Source of the DNA: Chiloscyllium plagiosum
Lineage: Eukaryota
Direction: 5' to 3'
Assembly: GCF_004010195.1 (NCBI RefSeq)
Contig: NC_057718.1
Location: 42,856,523-42,920,522 of the forward strand
Length of the DNA stretch: 64,000 nucleotides
Positions 11,873 through 23,629 of this stretch are shown here, piece after piece; position 1 is the first letter of the stretch; every line of letters begins with the position of its first letter. The notes under the pieces are model-generated. The model was given only the letters and a program-made list of their open reading frames with translations. It did not search any database and was not told the DNA's origin. A program made the position numbers and the translations under genes.

Positions 11873-13987
11873 ATAGAACAGCAAGTACAGGCCATTTGGC
11901 CCACAATGTTGTGCCAAACATTTATTTTAATCCAAGATCAACCTAACCTACACACCCCTCAATTTACTGCCATCCATGTGCTTGTCCAGCAGTTGCTTAA
12001 ATGTCCCTAATGTCTCTGACTCTACTACCATCACTGGCAGTGCAAACCACGCACCCACCACTCTCTGCATAAAGAGCCTACCTCTGACATCTCCCTTGTA
12101 TCTTCCTCCTATCACCTTAAAATTATGACTCCTCATAACAGTCATTTCTGCCCTGGGGGAAATGTCTCTGGCTAGCTACTCTATCTATGCCTCTCATTAC
12201 CTTGTACACCTCTATCAAGTAACTTCTCTTCCTTCTTCTCTCCAGTGTAAAAAGCCTTAGCTCCCTCAACCTTTCTTCATAAGACAAGCTCTCCAATCCA
12301 GGCAGCATCCTGGTAAAGCTCCTCTGCACCCTCTCGAAAGCATCTACATCCTTCCAGAACTGGACACAATATTCCAAGTGTGGTCTAACCAGAGTTTTAT
12401 AGAGTTGCAGCAAAACCTAACAGCTCTTAAACTCTATCTCCCTGTTAATGAAAGCCAAAACACCATGTGCCTTCTTAACAACACTATCAACTTGGATGGC
12501 AACTTTGAGGGATCTGTGTACATGGACCCTGCTGTTCCTCCACAAGAATCCTATCTTTAACCCTTATTTAGCACTCAAATTTGACCTTCCAAAATGAATC
12601 ATCTCGCATTTATCCAGGCTGAACTCCATCTGCCACTTTTCAGCCCAGCTCTGCATCCTACCAATGTCTTGTTGTTGCCTGCAACAGCCCTCGACACTAT
12701 TTTCAACATCACCGACCTTTGTGTCATCGGCAAACTTAATAACCCGCCCTTCCACTTCTTCATCCAAGTCATTTATAAAAACTACAAAGAGCAGAGGCCC
12801 AAGATCCCTGCAGGACACCATTAGTCACTGGTCCAAGCAGAATACTTTCCAAACACTACCACTCACTGTCTTCATTTGGCCAGTCAATTCTGTATCCAGA
12901 CAGCCGAATTTCCCTATATCCCATACCTTCTAACTTTTTGAAAGAGCCTACTGTGGGGAACCTTATCAAATACCTTATTGAAATCCAAATAGACACATCC
13001 ATTGCTCAGCCTTTGTCAACTTGTCACATCCTCAAATAACTCAATAAGGCTTGTGAGGCATGGCCAGCCCCTCACAAAGCCATATTGACTATCTTGAATC
13101 AAACTATGTTTTTTTCAAATTAATCATAAATCCTATCTCTCAGAATCCTTCTGTGTACCTTGTCTACCTCGGATGTAAGACTGACTGGTCTGTACTTCCT
13201 AGGGATTTTCCTATTCCCTTTCTTAAACAGAGGAACAACATTCACCCCCCTCCAACCATCCAGTACTACTCCCATGGAGAGTGAGGATGCAAAGATCATT
13301 GGCAGAGGCACAGCAGTCTCATTCCTTACTTGCCATAGTAATCTTGGATATATCTGGTCTGGCCCTGGAGACTTAGCTATCTTGATACTTCCCAGAATTT
13401 CCAGAACATCCACTTTCCTAATATCAATCTGTTCAAGCCTATTAACCTGGTCCACAGTCTTCTCACTATCAACAAAGTCCCTCTCTTTCGGGAATACTGA
13501 AGCAAAAAACTCATTTAGGGCCTCTCCTAACTCTTCAGACTCCTTTCACAAGTTCCCTGCCCTATCCCTGATCAGCCCTACCCTCTCTCTTTTATTCCTC
13601 ACATAAGTGTAGAACGCCTTCGGGTTTTCCATAATCCTTCCCGTCAAAGCTTTTTTGTGTCCCCTCCTAGCTCGCCTCAGTCCATTTTTGAGTTCTTTCC
13701 CAGCTACCCTGTAATCCTTTAAAGCTGTGCCAGATCCTTGCTTCCTCAACCTTTAGTAAGCTTCCTTCTTCCTCTTGAAGAGACGCTCCTCTGTTCTTCA
13801 CCTTACCATTCCTAGCCTGTCTCAGTGAGACAAAGTTATCCAACAGTCACAACAAGTATTCCTTAAAGACCCTCCACATTTCTGTTGTGCATTTCCCATA
13901 GAACAATTGTTCCCAATTTATACTCCACAGCTCCTATCTAATAGTAGTATAATTTCCCCTCCACCAATTAAATGCCTTCCCATACTG
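11870..13987 (-). mobile_element. CR1 LINE, 5'-truncated, disrupted ORF2 (RT)
   Basis: Fragments KSPGPDQIYPRLL, NVVPLFKKG..YRPVSLTS, LGPLLFVVFINDLDE..KFADDTK, LYKTLVRPHLEYCVQFW in several frames; 3' tail at 11870. Confidence 0.95.
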
Positions 13988-14269
13988 TATGTAGGAGGGG
14001 ACATAACACTGCGCCACAAGACTCCTTCCTGTTCAGGCATGTTACAACGAAAGTCCAATGAGCATTACCTACACTCAATCAATTCAAGAGTTGTGTTGGT
14101 TGACCCTTAAAGGGACGTGCACTTCTAACGCTGACAGACCAGGGTTTTTATGCTGCAAAGCAGGGATGGTGTTCAAGAAAGTTTAAATGTATGGCCGAGA
14201 CTGACCAAGCAGAGGAATTGTCCCCTCCATCCTGATGTAACTACTAGACTAGATCCAGCTTGTCTGAAG

Positions 14270-14711
14270 ACTAAGCTGGAGAGGGTTTAGAAGAGATTTA
14301 CCAGAATGTTGCCAGGAAAGGAGGGTTTGAATTATAAGGAGAGGCTGGATAGGCTGGGACTGTTTTCCAGAGTAGGAGATTGAGAAGTAACCTCATAGAG
14401 ATTTATAAAATCATGAGGGGTATAGGTAAGGTGAATGGCAGGTGTCTTTTTCCTAGAGTGGGGTATTTCAAGACTACGGGGCATATTTTTAAGGCTAGAG
14501 GGGAAATATTTTAAAACGACATGAGGGGTAATTTTTTTATACAGAGAGTGGTTCATGTGTGGAATGAAGTTCGAGAGGAAGTGGTTGATGCAGGTATAGT
14601 TACAACATTTAAAAGACATTTAGATAAGTACATGAATAAGAAATGGTGAAACTAGATTAGTTTGGGATTATGGACTGTTTGGACCAAAGGTTGTTATATG
14701 ACTTTATGACT
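14270..14711 (+). mobile_element. CR1 LINE 3' fragment
   Basis: LERV.KRFTRMLPG motif, ORF2 end, tatgactttatgac tail. Confidence 0.9.
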
Positions 14712-14835
14712 GCTGTGAAGAGCAGTGAAGATGCCTTCATGTTGAGATATGTTTCTGGGCCCTCACCTATCTCAGCAGCTGTAAATGGGGTAGCTGAGGC
14801 CAGATAGCTGTAGACCTTCTGGTTGGGCTTGCACC

Positions 14836-15149
14836 ATTAGATTAGATTTGTTACAGTGTGGAAATAGGCCCTATGGCCCAACAAGTACACACACTGACCC
14901 TCCGAAGAGTAACCCACCCAGACCCATTCCCCCTGACTAATGCACCTAACACTATGGGCAATTTAGCATGGCCAATTCACCTGACCTGCACATCTTTGGA
15001 CTGTGGGAAGAAACCAGAACACCCAGAGGAAACCCACGCAGACATGGGGAGAATGTGCAAACTCCACACAGTCACCCGAGGTGGGAATTGAACCTGGGTC
15101 CCTGGCATTGTGAGGCAGCAGTGCTAACCACTGAGCCACCATGCCACCC
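14836..15149 (-). mobile_element. HE1-type SINE
   Basis: tRNA-like head at right end (ggtggctcagtggttagcact...ggttcaattccc on minus), (ttaga)n tail at left. Confidence 0.92.
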
Positions 15150-15278
15150 TCTTAAAAGATACACTGCAGCAGTCATCAAGGCTCCTTAGACAGCAGCTTA
15201 GAAAACACTACTCCCAAGAAGGACATGGGCAGCAGATACATGAGAACTCTGCCATCTGCAAGTTCCCTTGAATGTATA

Positions 15279-15436
15279 CAGAGGTACCTCGATTATCTGA
15301 ATGGCATGGACAGGGAGTATTTTGTCAGATAATCAAATGCTGGATAACATAGTATAGCCAACCATTGAGATCTTGCGATCTTGACAGCTAATCTGAAATT
15401 CAGATAATCAAATGTCAGATAATCTAGGTTCCTCTG
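15279..15436. mobile_element. 158-bp MITE, Tc1/mariner-pogo (Tigger) type
   Basis: TIRs CAGAGGTACCTCGATTATCTGA / TCAGATAATCTAGGTTCCTCTG (22 bp, 2 mismatches), TA on both sides, internal agataatc repeats. Confidence 0.88.
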
Positions 15437-16494
15437 TATTACCTTTCCTTCAATGTAGTAAGATAGTGTGCTCCGAGGCAGCCAACTAGGATGCAGCTTT
15501 CTGAAAGATTTCTCCATTGCTTTCACTGCCAACAAACGTAGGCTCAAGACTCTATTTTGTCCCACACTGGGGTCTCGAACCCTATAAGGCAAATTCAGTC
15601 CATTATTTTAAATTGCATTGCAAGTAATTTCTTAAATCGTCCTACCCCACCAGCACAACTAAGTGTGAACAGCAGAACTCTGCCTAGAGCCAAAGTTAAG
15701 TGTGACTAAATGTTATTAATGGAATCCTAATTAAAATTCTAATACTAACAACAATTGTTTTTAAAGTTTGTTTTATTGTTTATATGTAGCACATTATCTT
15801 TCCAAATAATGAAAAATGCAGCAAGTTCTCAAAAGTACAAATTATTTGAAATCTTTTAAAATTCACTTTCCGATGAGAATTCAATAAGTGAAAAATTGGT
15901 TTCTAACCACTATGGAAAAAATGACGGTAAGACATGACCAGACTGACATGTCTGCAATGTTTATGTTTGTGTGCAAGATTAGAGATGGAGATATCAAGGT
16001 GTAGGATTTTGATTCCATCACCTGGTACTAATCTGGTAAAGCAAATCATTCACCTTTTATTGAATCGATGATTTTCATTTAATTGATTTTAGGTTTTATA
16101 ACGGCCAGGTAATTCACTTCACATGATTGCTGACCAGATGTTGACAACAAAATTTTTTCTCCAAGTATTAACTTCATGTATAAATATGATTAAATCCCAA
16201 AATGTGAAAAAGTCCAAACTTATATTAACAGCACAAAGTGGCCTAATGTTTCTGTGTATAGGCACAACACATTCTATGTATTATTAGAAAACAAAATAGC
16301 TATGCTATTTCCCACTAAGTATAACATAAACAAGGCTTATTTGTATGTTTTGCTCAGGCTAATATAACTAATATTTTAGCTGGAGATCATGTTATTTTTC
16401 ATCAACGTTGCCCCATTATCTCATTCAAATCAAGTTTTCAGCAAATGTGGCTCAGTTACAGGATTACGAATCACTGCAGAACATTTTTTAAATG

Positions 16495-16710
16495 TTCTTT
16501 TTCATTAGATGTGGGAGTTGATGGCAAGGTCAGAATCTATCTGGTTCACAAATGTCTTTTAGTGAAGGAAGCAGCCCTCTTTATCTGCTCTGGCCTACAT
16601 GTGACTCCAGAACTACAGCAATGTGGTTGACTCTTAACTGCCATCAGGGCAATTAGGGATGAGCTATTCGCCAGCGATGTCCACATCTCGTGAATAAATT
16701 TCAAATAATA
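16495..16710. mobile_element. SINE 3' half (+) adjoining an inverted copy of the same tail
   Basis: 16545-16710 resembles 54860-54972 (ctacatgtgactccaga...tccacatctcgtgaataaa); 16495-16545 is the same tail on minus. Confidence 0.55.
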
Positions 16711-16899
16711 CTTCCTAAGAATATTGTTCACCACTGAAACCAGCTGAATCACTCAATGTTTTTGTTTTCCTTCCCGTCTCTCTGCATTGCTGTCAGGTAA
16801 TAAGTCACTCTGCCATTTTATTACCTTGTCCAACTCTTCAAGGTAAATTCACTGATCTCACACTTCAAGTCGGAGAATACATAGGTCAAAAATAGCGTT

Positions 16900-18667
16900 G
16901 CAGTAAAAGGTATGTTAAGAAGTGTGGGGTATCTGGGATTTATCAGGACCAAAGCAGAATCTTTGACAACTTGGTTGTCTTGTTACTGGTTGCCATCACT
17001 CAACATCACCACATAATCATCATCACTGCAGTTGTTTTCCTCACTCTCTTCATGTTTGCTTGATTGCACTGCGTTGGTCTGAGCTGGCACCTTTACTTTC
17101 AAAATGTAGTATTGTGATCAATAGTCACTGTTAATGATTTGTGCTGGGTGCATATTATATAAACCTTCACTGGTTTCAAATATTTCTAACTCACATTCTT
17201 TATCCTGTATTGCACACAGTTTTTTGGGTAGTTCTTTACCAGCTTGCTTGCCTCATATTTCTTTCATTTTCCTCTGTAAATATATATCTTGTCACTCAGA
17301 ATGATTAGACAATTAATTGCGCAGCAAGATTATTCACTCTTGCCTTCAGAGCATTAGTTGTACAGGGATGATAATTTCTTTTCCATTGGTGTTGCACGAA
17401 AATACAGCAATTCAAAATGGAATCATGCTATATTGCTCAATCCTGAATGATAATTGATTTAATAGTATACAGGTATACCATACATTCTGCTCAACTGTTA
17501 CTTTGAGTATGGATAGTCAGATGACAATGTGATGTGGGTCACTCCCCAGTTACTAGACATCTTGAAACTGTGAGCAGTGAACTGGTGTCTGTTGTCAGAC
17601 ACCATCTGTTCTGGGACACCAAACAAACTGTGACATTTCAGCACTGAACATGCCAATTTTGTTACTAAGTCGTCAAACAATGGAAAATTTAGAGAATTGG
17701 TCTGTCACAAAGATATAATATTCCTTGTGCATTGCGGTTGGGTTGGTTGATACTTTCATCCAGGGAGTGAATGGAATTATCTTTGGATGTAAAGTTTCCT
17801 TATGCTACTCAGGTTGCTGCATATTTGACATGCATCACAGGCCTTTGCAAATCATTGAAGATCCGGATTCTTCCAAGGAAATTATACACTTCCATGTGCT
17901 AGCTGTCTTGCAAATTCAATGTCCATGTGTCTCTGGTGTAACATGAACATGATTTCTTGGTAGAATGTTTTTGGTATTAGACCTTATTTGCCTTTGAAAA
18001 TAACATGTCATAATATACCAAGTTTATATCCCCATGACCAAAATGAACAAATATTCTCAGGAACTTCTTTAATCTATCAGGCCACCCCTGGATAATCATT
18101 TTTGTAACTGTCATAGTTGCTAATCTTTGGCAGTTATCAGTTGCAACTTTTCACACTGATTTTAGTCAAAATGTAATGAGTCAACCTTAAGAACATCTTC
18201 AATATCATAATCTTGATCATCAGCATGTAGATCTCATAGAATATCTTGGTGTTTGCATGGATTGAATAATCTGCTCAGCGTATCATTTGTAATCACCTGG
18301 TACCTGGCTTATTTTTCTCTTCAAAGTCACACCCTTAGGAATTATTGACTGACTTCATTGGACCAAATATATTTTCTTCTGCCATAAGTGGTTTGGTTTG
18401 AATCTGATTCGTCAGTCACTTCAGAAATACACCTCGGGCTAGACTTTGGATGGTCTTCATTGTGGCTTGAAGTTTCTCCTCATACACGGTCAGTTTGGGT
18501 CAGTACATGGCCTGTTTGTAGCTGCATTAGCCTTTTCTCTAGAGCACTGTTTTTGCCAATGGCCTATCCTGCCACATGCCTTCAAAGATTGATTAAAATT
18601 TGGGCCTTTCCTTTTTATATGCAGAAGGCCACACTTTCCACGTGTCTCAGAATGTTTAGATGTTCTA
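16900..18667 (-). mobile_element. Gypsy LTR retrotransposon internal remnant: gag zinc knuckle, RNase H end, integrase
   Basis: Minus strand: GKCGLLH...KACGRIGHWQKQC (18530-18640), DTLSRL (about 18280), LHQRHMDIE...CDACQ (HHCC, 17820-17950), FGVPEQMVSDNRHQF...WGVTHITLSSDYP (integrase core). Many stops; protease/RT missing. Confidence 0.85.
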
Positions 18668-20583
18668 GATTTGGAGGTGGCAGTGTTGGGTTGGGGTGGA
18701 CAAAGTTAAAAATCACACAAAACCATGTTTTTGGTCCAACCGGTTTATTTGGAAGCACTAGCTTTTGGAGGGCTGCTCCTTCATCTGGTGGTTGTGCAGT
18801 ATAATATTGTAAGACACGGAATTTATAGCAAAAGTTTGCAGTATGATGTAACTGAAATTATATATTGAAAAATACCTGGATTGTTTGTTAAGTCTCTCAT
18901 GTTTTAGAATGACCATGTTGGTTTCAGTTCTTTCATATGTAAATCCCAGAACTTTTTTTAAGTTACATTCTCAAGTGAACTTTAACAATAGGTGCCATGT
19001 CATCACAGATAATGCATTGAATGTGTGAGTTCCTTGTGTGAAGCTGTTTGTGCCCCAATGTTCAGAATGATTCTAGTCTAATAAAGAGATTTACAGAATC
19101 TTACATGGATTCATGTAGTTTTTGAGCAAAATAAAATACAATTCTGCAAGTATCAATTCACCCACAAACTCATATGTGTTGTGTGCATGTGTGTGTGTGT
19201 GTGTGTGTGTGTGGCGTAAATTTGGTCCCCATAGCTGTTCCATGTGTCTGGATGAAGAACTGGTTATCAAAGGTGAAGACGTTGTGATCAAGGATGAAGC
19301 AGATGAATTGCAGGACAGTGCTCAGAGATTGGTAGTTATTGGTGTTGAATACTGAGGCTATTGTCACGATGCCATCATTGTGAGGGATGCTCGTGTAGAG
19401 TGCTGAAACGCCATTGTGACGAGGAATGTTCCCATTTTAACTTGTCCGTGGGTGCTGAGTTTCTGTAAGAAATCTGTACTGTCGCGACAGAAACTGGGGG
19501 TCACCGGTACAATGGATTTCAAGATACCTTCAACATAGCCAGAAAGGTTCTCAGACAGGGTCCCAAAGTCCTATCCAATAGGACGTCCTGGTGTGTTGGT
19601 TTTGTGTATCTTCGGAAGACAGTAGAAGTCGTCTATGCGAGAAGCACATGGGAAGAGGGCACTTAGGGAATTCTGAAGGACTGGATCCAAGTCCTGATTA
19701 ATGTGTTTAGTTCAGGGGTGTGCTCTTTGGTCAGATTGGCCATTAGTTGCCTGTAGTGTTCCTAGTTGTTCAATTGTCAGTACACTTCCTTGCAGTAATC
19801 TGTTCTAATCTGATTGACAATGGCTCTTCTGGTTGAAGGGTGGGGTCCAATAAGTTGACATTCGATTTCCCTATGGTGATAATGTTTTCCACTGTGGTGG
19901 CAGGGTAGGCTTGGCTACTGCTGGTGGTCATGATATGTTCCAGTTTCTCCTGTTTGGCAATGTCCTGTAACTGTACTGCTATATCCTGAGTGCAGGCTGA
20001 GAGTGTGGACTGCATTTTAATTTCAAGGTTGTGGCGCCTGCTGTAGAGTTAGTGCACGAAATGATTGAGGAGTTTGCAAGTGGTGTGGTGGCAAAGTCTC
20101 TCTGCGTAGTCTGTGTTTTAGGTTGACTTGAGTGGTTTTGTGTTCCATGATCCTTTTGGGATCTTTCCTGCTTTGCTACATTTCTCTCGAATCTTGACGT
20201 CTGTGTCGATACGTGCAGTCTGCTTGGAGATCCTCTCCACTTTGACCTAGCAGTTAGTGGGCTCGATGGTAGTCATGGTTTGGAGGTGCTGGTGTTAGAC
20301 TGGGATGTCCAAAGTTAAAAATCACACAACACCAGGTTTTGGTTCAATAGGTTTATTTGGAGGGATTAGCTTTTGGAGCACTGCTGTGGAGTGTAAGATT
20401 GTAAGACACAGAATTTATAGCAAAAGTTTAAAATGTGATGTAACTGAAATTATATATTGAAAAAGACCTGGATTGTTTGTTAAGTCGCTCATCTTTTGGA
20501 ATGACCATATTGGTTTCAGTAATTTCATATGTAAATCTCAGAACTTTTTGAAAGTTACATTCTCAAGTGAACTTTAACAATAG
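18668..20583 (-). mobile_element. Penelope-like element with direct pLTRs, internally deleted
   Basis: Direct repeats of about 300 bp at 18668-18992 and 20278-20583; RT motif FILDHNVFTFDNQFFIQTHGTAMGTKF breaks into (CA)n at about 19212; upstream FYCLPKIHK..PGRPI motif at 19570-19630. Confidence 0.9.
19188..19213. repeat. (TG)n microsatellite
   Basis: Direct reading. Confidence 0.95.
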
Positions 20584-21083
20584 GAAACAAAGGGTAGTGA
20601 TAAACGGCTGTGCTCTTTCAGCACCATTGATCCAAGTTAGGTGAGTGGGCAGATGCATGGCAGATGCAGTTTAATGTGGATAAATGTATGGTTATCCACT
20701 TTGGTGGCAAGAACATGAAGGCAGATTACTACCTAAATGGAATCAATTTAGGTAAAGGGGCAGTACAGAGAGATCTGGGTGTTCTTGTACTCCAATCAAT
20801 GAAGGCAAGCAGGCAGGTACAGCAGGTAGTGAAGAAGGCTAATAGCATGCTGGCCTTCATAACAAGAGGAATTGAGTATAGAAGCAAAGAGGTGCTTCTG
20901 CAGCTGTACAGAGCCCTGGTGAAACCACACCTGGAGCACTGTGTGCAGTTCTGGTCTCCAAATTTGAGGGAAGACATTCTGGCTATTGAGGGAGTGCAGC
21001 GTAGGTTCACGAGGTCAATTCCTGAAATGGCAGGATTACCTTACACTGAAAGACTGAAGTGACTGGGCTTGTATACCCTTGAG
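20584..21083 (+). mobile_element. CR1 LINE internal fragment (young subfamily)
   Basis: ORF MQFNVDKCMVIHFG...RDLGVLV...LYRALVKPHLEHCVQFWSP; nearly identical to 48201-48430 (minus). Confidence 0.93.
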
Positions 21084-21199
21084 TTCTCCAGCTTTGCTTT
21101 CAATCTCTGGCTCTGTTTTTTAACTGACCTTGGTGGTCTGCTCAAAGCTGTGCAATTGTTCATTGATTCATGTTGATTCCTTAGTGAGTTGCTGCAGTG

Positions 21200-21497
21200 C
21201 TTTCTCTTCTTCTTCATTGGCACTCTCTCAGGACCAAACTATGTTTTTCTTTCACAACATTGTGGGTTCTGGGGTGACTAAACAGAGCAATGCTGGGTTC
21301 GACTGCCCTATCACAGGTATGCAGGTGGGTGTGACGCTCAGCTTTTTATCCACTCCACGACAGAGAGTGTTAGAGCCCTGCCTGGGTCTGTTGATAATAC
21401 TTGAAATGGTTGGCTTTTTTGCAGACACTTCTTTTCCATTTTGAGTGGTTTTGGGAATGAGTTTCCCATGAATTAATGAAGATGTTGCATCTTTTTC
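21200..21497 (-). mobile_element. RTE-clade LINE 3' end
   Basis: Minus strand LKRCNIFINSWETHSQNHSKWKRSV and HTCDRAVEPSIALFSHPRTH (RTE C-terminal C2H2-like motif) followed by short (GAA)n tail. Confidence 0.7.
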
Positions 21498-22128
21498 AGA
21501 GTTAAAAATCACACAACGCCAGGTTGTAGTCCAACAGGTTTAATTGGAAGCACACTAGCTTTCGGAGCGCCGCTCCTTCATCAGGTGGATGAGTGTCTGT
21601 GAGAGAGTCTGTGTATGTGTGTGAGTATAAAGGGATATAAACCTGTGAGAGAGTGCGTGTGCGTGTGAGTGTGGGAGCGTATGTGTGAGCATATGAGAGA
21701 GAGCTTGTGTATGAGAGAGGGTCTGCATGAGTGTGTGTTTGTGTGTAGGAGTGTTTGTAGGAATGTGTGTGTAGGAGTGTCTGTGTCTGTCAGTGAGTGT
21801 GTGTCTGTCTGTGTGTGTACATCTGTGTGTGTGTATATAGTGCATTGGGGTCAGCTGCAATGTGACATGGACTCAAGGTCCCAGTTGAGGCCATCCCCAT
21901 GGGTACCGAACTTGCCTATCAGCCTCTGCTCAGCCACTTTGCATTGTTGCCTGTCCAGAAGTCCACCTTGGAGGATGGTCACCCGAAGGTCCGCGGTCAA
22001 ATGTCCCAGACCGCTGAAGTGTTCTTGGACTGGGAGGGAACATTCCTGTCTGTTGATTGTTGTGCGGTGTCCATTCATCCGTTGCCGTAGCCTCTGCTCG
22101 GTCTCGCCAATGTACCATGTCTCAGGGC
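21497..22128 (-). mobile_element. Penelope-like element 3' end with GIY-YIG endonuclease and pLTR
   Basis: WYIGETEQRLRQRMNGHR...PVQEHFS..H...LRVTILQ...AEQRLIGKFGTHGDGLN; CA-rich 3' UTR; pLTR related to 18700-18800. Confidence 0.92.
21553..21587 (-). ncRNA. Minimal type I hammerhead ribozyme, intact core
   Basis: Minus strand CAC-CTGATGA-A-GGAGC-ggc-GCTCC-GAAA-GCTA-GTG: stem I CAC/GTG, perfect 5-bp stem II, palindromic AGCT stem III, CUA triplet. Confidence 0.8.
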
Positions 22129-22865
22129 AGCCACAGATTCAAAACCCTTTGGGTAAAGATATTTCTCCTCAACTCAGTCCTAAACTCCTTCCCCTTATAT
22201 TGCGACTATGCCCTCTCGATCTATTTTCACCTGCCAGTGGAAACAACCTCGCTGCTTCTATTTTATCTATTCCCTTCATAATTTTATTTGTTTCTGTAAG
22301 ATCCCCCTTCATCCTTCGAAGTTCTAATGAGTATAGTCCCAGTCTACTCAAGCCTTCCTAATAAGGCAAGCTCCTAGTAAGGGAATTAACCTAGGGAACT
22401 TCCTCTGCACCCCCTCTAGTACCAGCACATCCTTTCTGAAGTTCCAAGTGTAGCCTCACCAGTACCCTGTATATCTGCCGCATAACCTCCCAATTTTTTC
22501 ATTCCATCCCTCTAGTAAAGAAGGACAATATCCCATTTATCATCTTAATTGCCTGCTGCACCTGCAAACCAACTTTTTATTGCTCATGCACAAGGACACC
22601 CAAGTCCCACTGCACAGCAGCATGCTGCAATGTTTCAAATAGTCCACTTTGCTGTTATTCCTTCCAAAATGAATGACCTCACATCTACCAACATTGTTCT
22701 CCATCTGCCAGACTCTTGCCCCATATACATTTAACCTATGTTAATCTCTCTGCAGACTTGCAGCGTCCTCTGCACGCTTGGCTCTACCACTCATTTAATG
22801 TCAACTTTGTGAACATTGATTCACTACACTTGGTCCCCAACTCTAAATCATCTATGTAAATTGTA
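22129..22865 (-). mobile_element. CR1 LINE fragment
   Basis: RLGLYSLELRRMKGDLTETNKIMKGIDK and WARVWQMENNV motifs on minus. Confidence 0.88.
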
Positions 22866-23200
22866 AACAAAATGATCAATGGAGTCTGTTTAAATGGCAT
22901 GAATTCTAGTCAATGAATAGAGAAATTTAGTCTGACTCTAAACTGTTCTTCTAATAGAGTCCTTGTCTTTTGGGGATCTTATAGCTCTTTGGCTGTTAAT
23001 CCTGATATGTTTGGTGGATGTCAACTTTCAGTCCCAATTCCTCAGCAAGTATGAAATGAACAAAAATACAAACGAACAACCTGAATCTAGGAACCATCGT
23101 TCTGAATGCTTTTTAAACATTTAAAATTATGTGAGGAGTCCTGCTGTGTCCCAATTTGCTATGGTTTAATGATATGTCATATTTACTGACACCACAAGAA
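22866..23200 (-). mobile_element. Gypsy gag N-terminus and probable PBS (5' part of the 16900-18667 element)
   Basis: Minus strand TGGTGTCAG at 23194-23186 (PBS-like), then NWDTAGLLT*F*MFKKHSERWF and LEEQFRVRLNFSIH*LEFMPFKQ, resembling Gypsy gag. Confidence 0.6.
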
Positions 23201-23629
23201 AGATCAGGACATACATTTGTACAGGGTGAAGTGGCATAAAGGAGTTGTCTTAGATGTAATACGTAATAATACAATTGTGGAAGTACAAGCATTTATAAAC
23301 AACTAATCATTTACATTAATTGAAACTCACCACAATGTTCTCTTTTAACACATCTCTCTCATGAATGAAATAATCTAAGTTCCAACAGTAAACCTATTTT
23401 TACATACTTCATGGCTATCAACGTCTGTTGATACAACAATAACAATATCATGGTTTATTCAAATTTAAGACTTAATCCCACAGATCATAAGGAACTATAA
23501 TAAACAAAGCACTAAACAAGTACCCTATTATTGAACTCTAATTTTAGCAAATGTTATATGCTGTCCTAGTCTTTGGAAAACTAAAATTGTAGCTTTGTTT
23601 AATGCATGGGGTCAACTTTTCTAAGTAAA

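Noticed and set aside
21669..22361. 230-aa Cys/Val-rich ORF
   Set aside because: Antisense reading of the TG-rich PLE UTR, GIY-YIG and a CR1 fragment.
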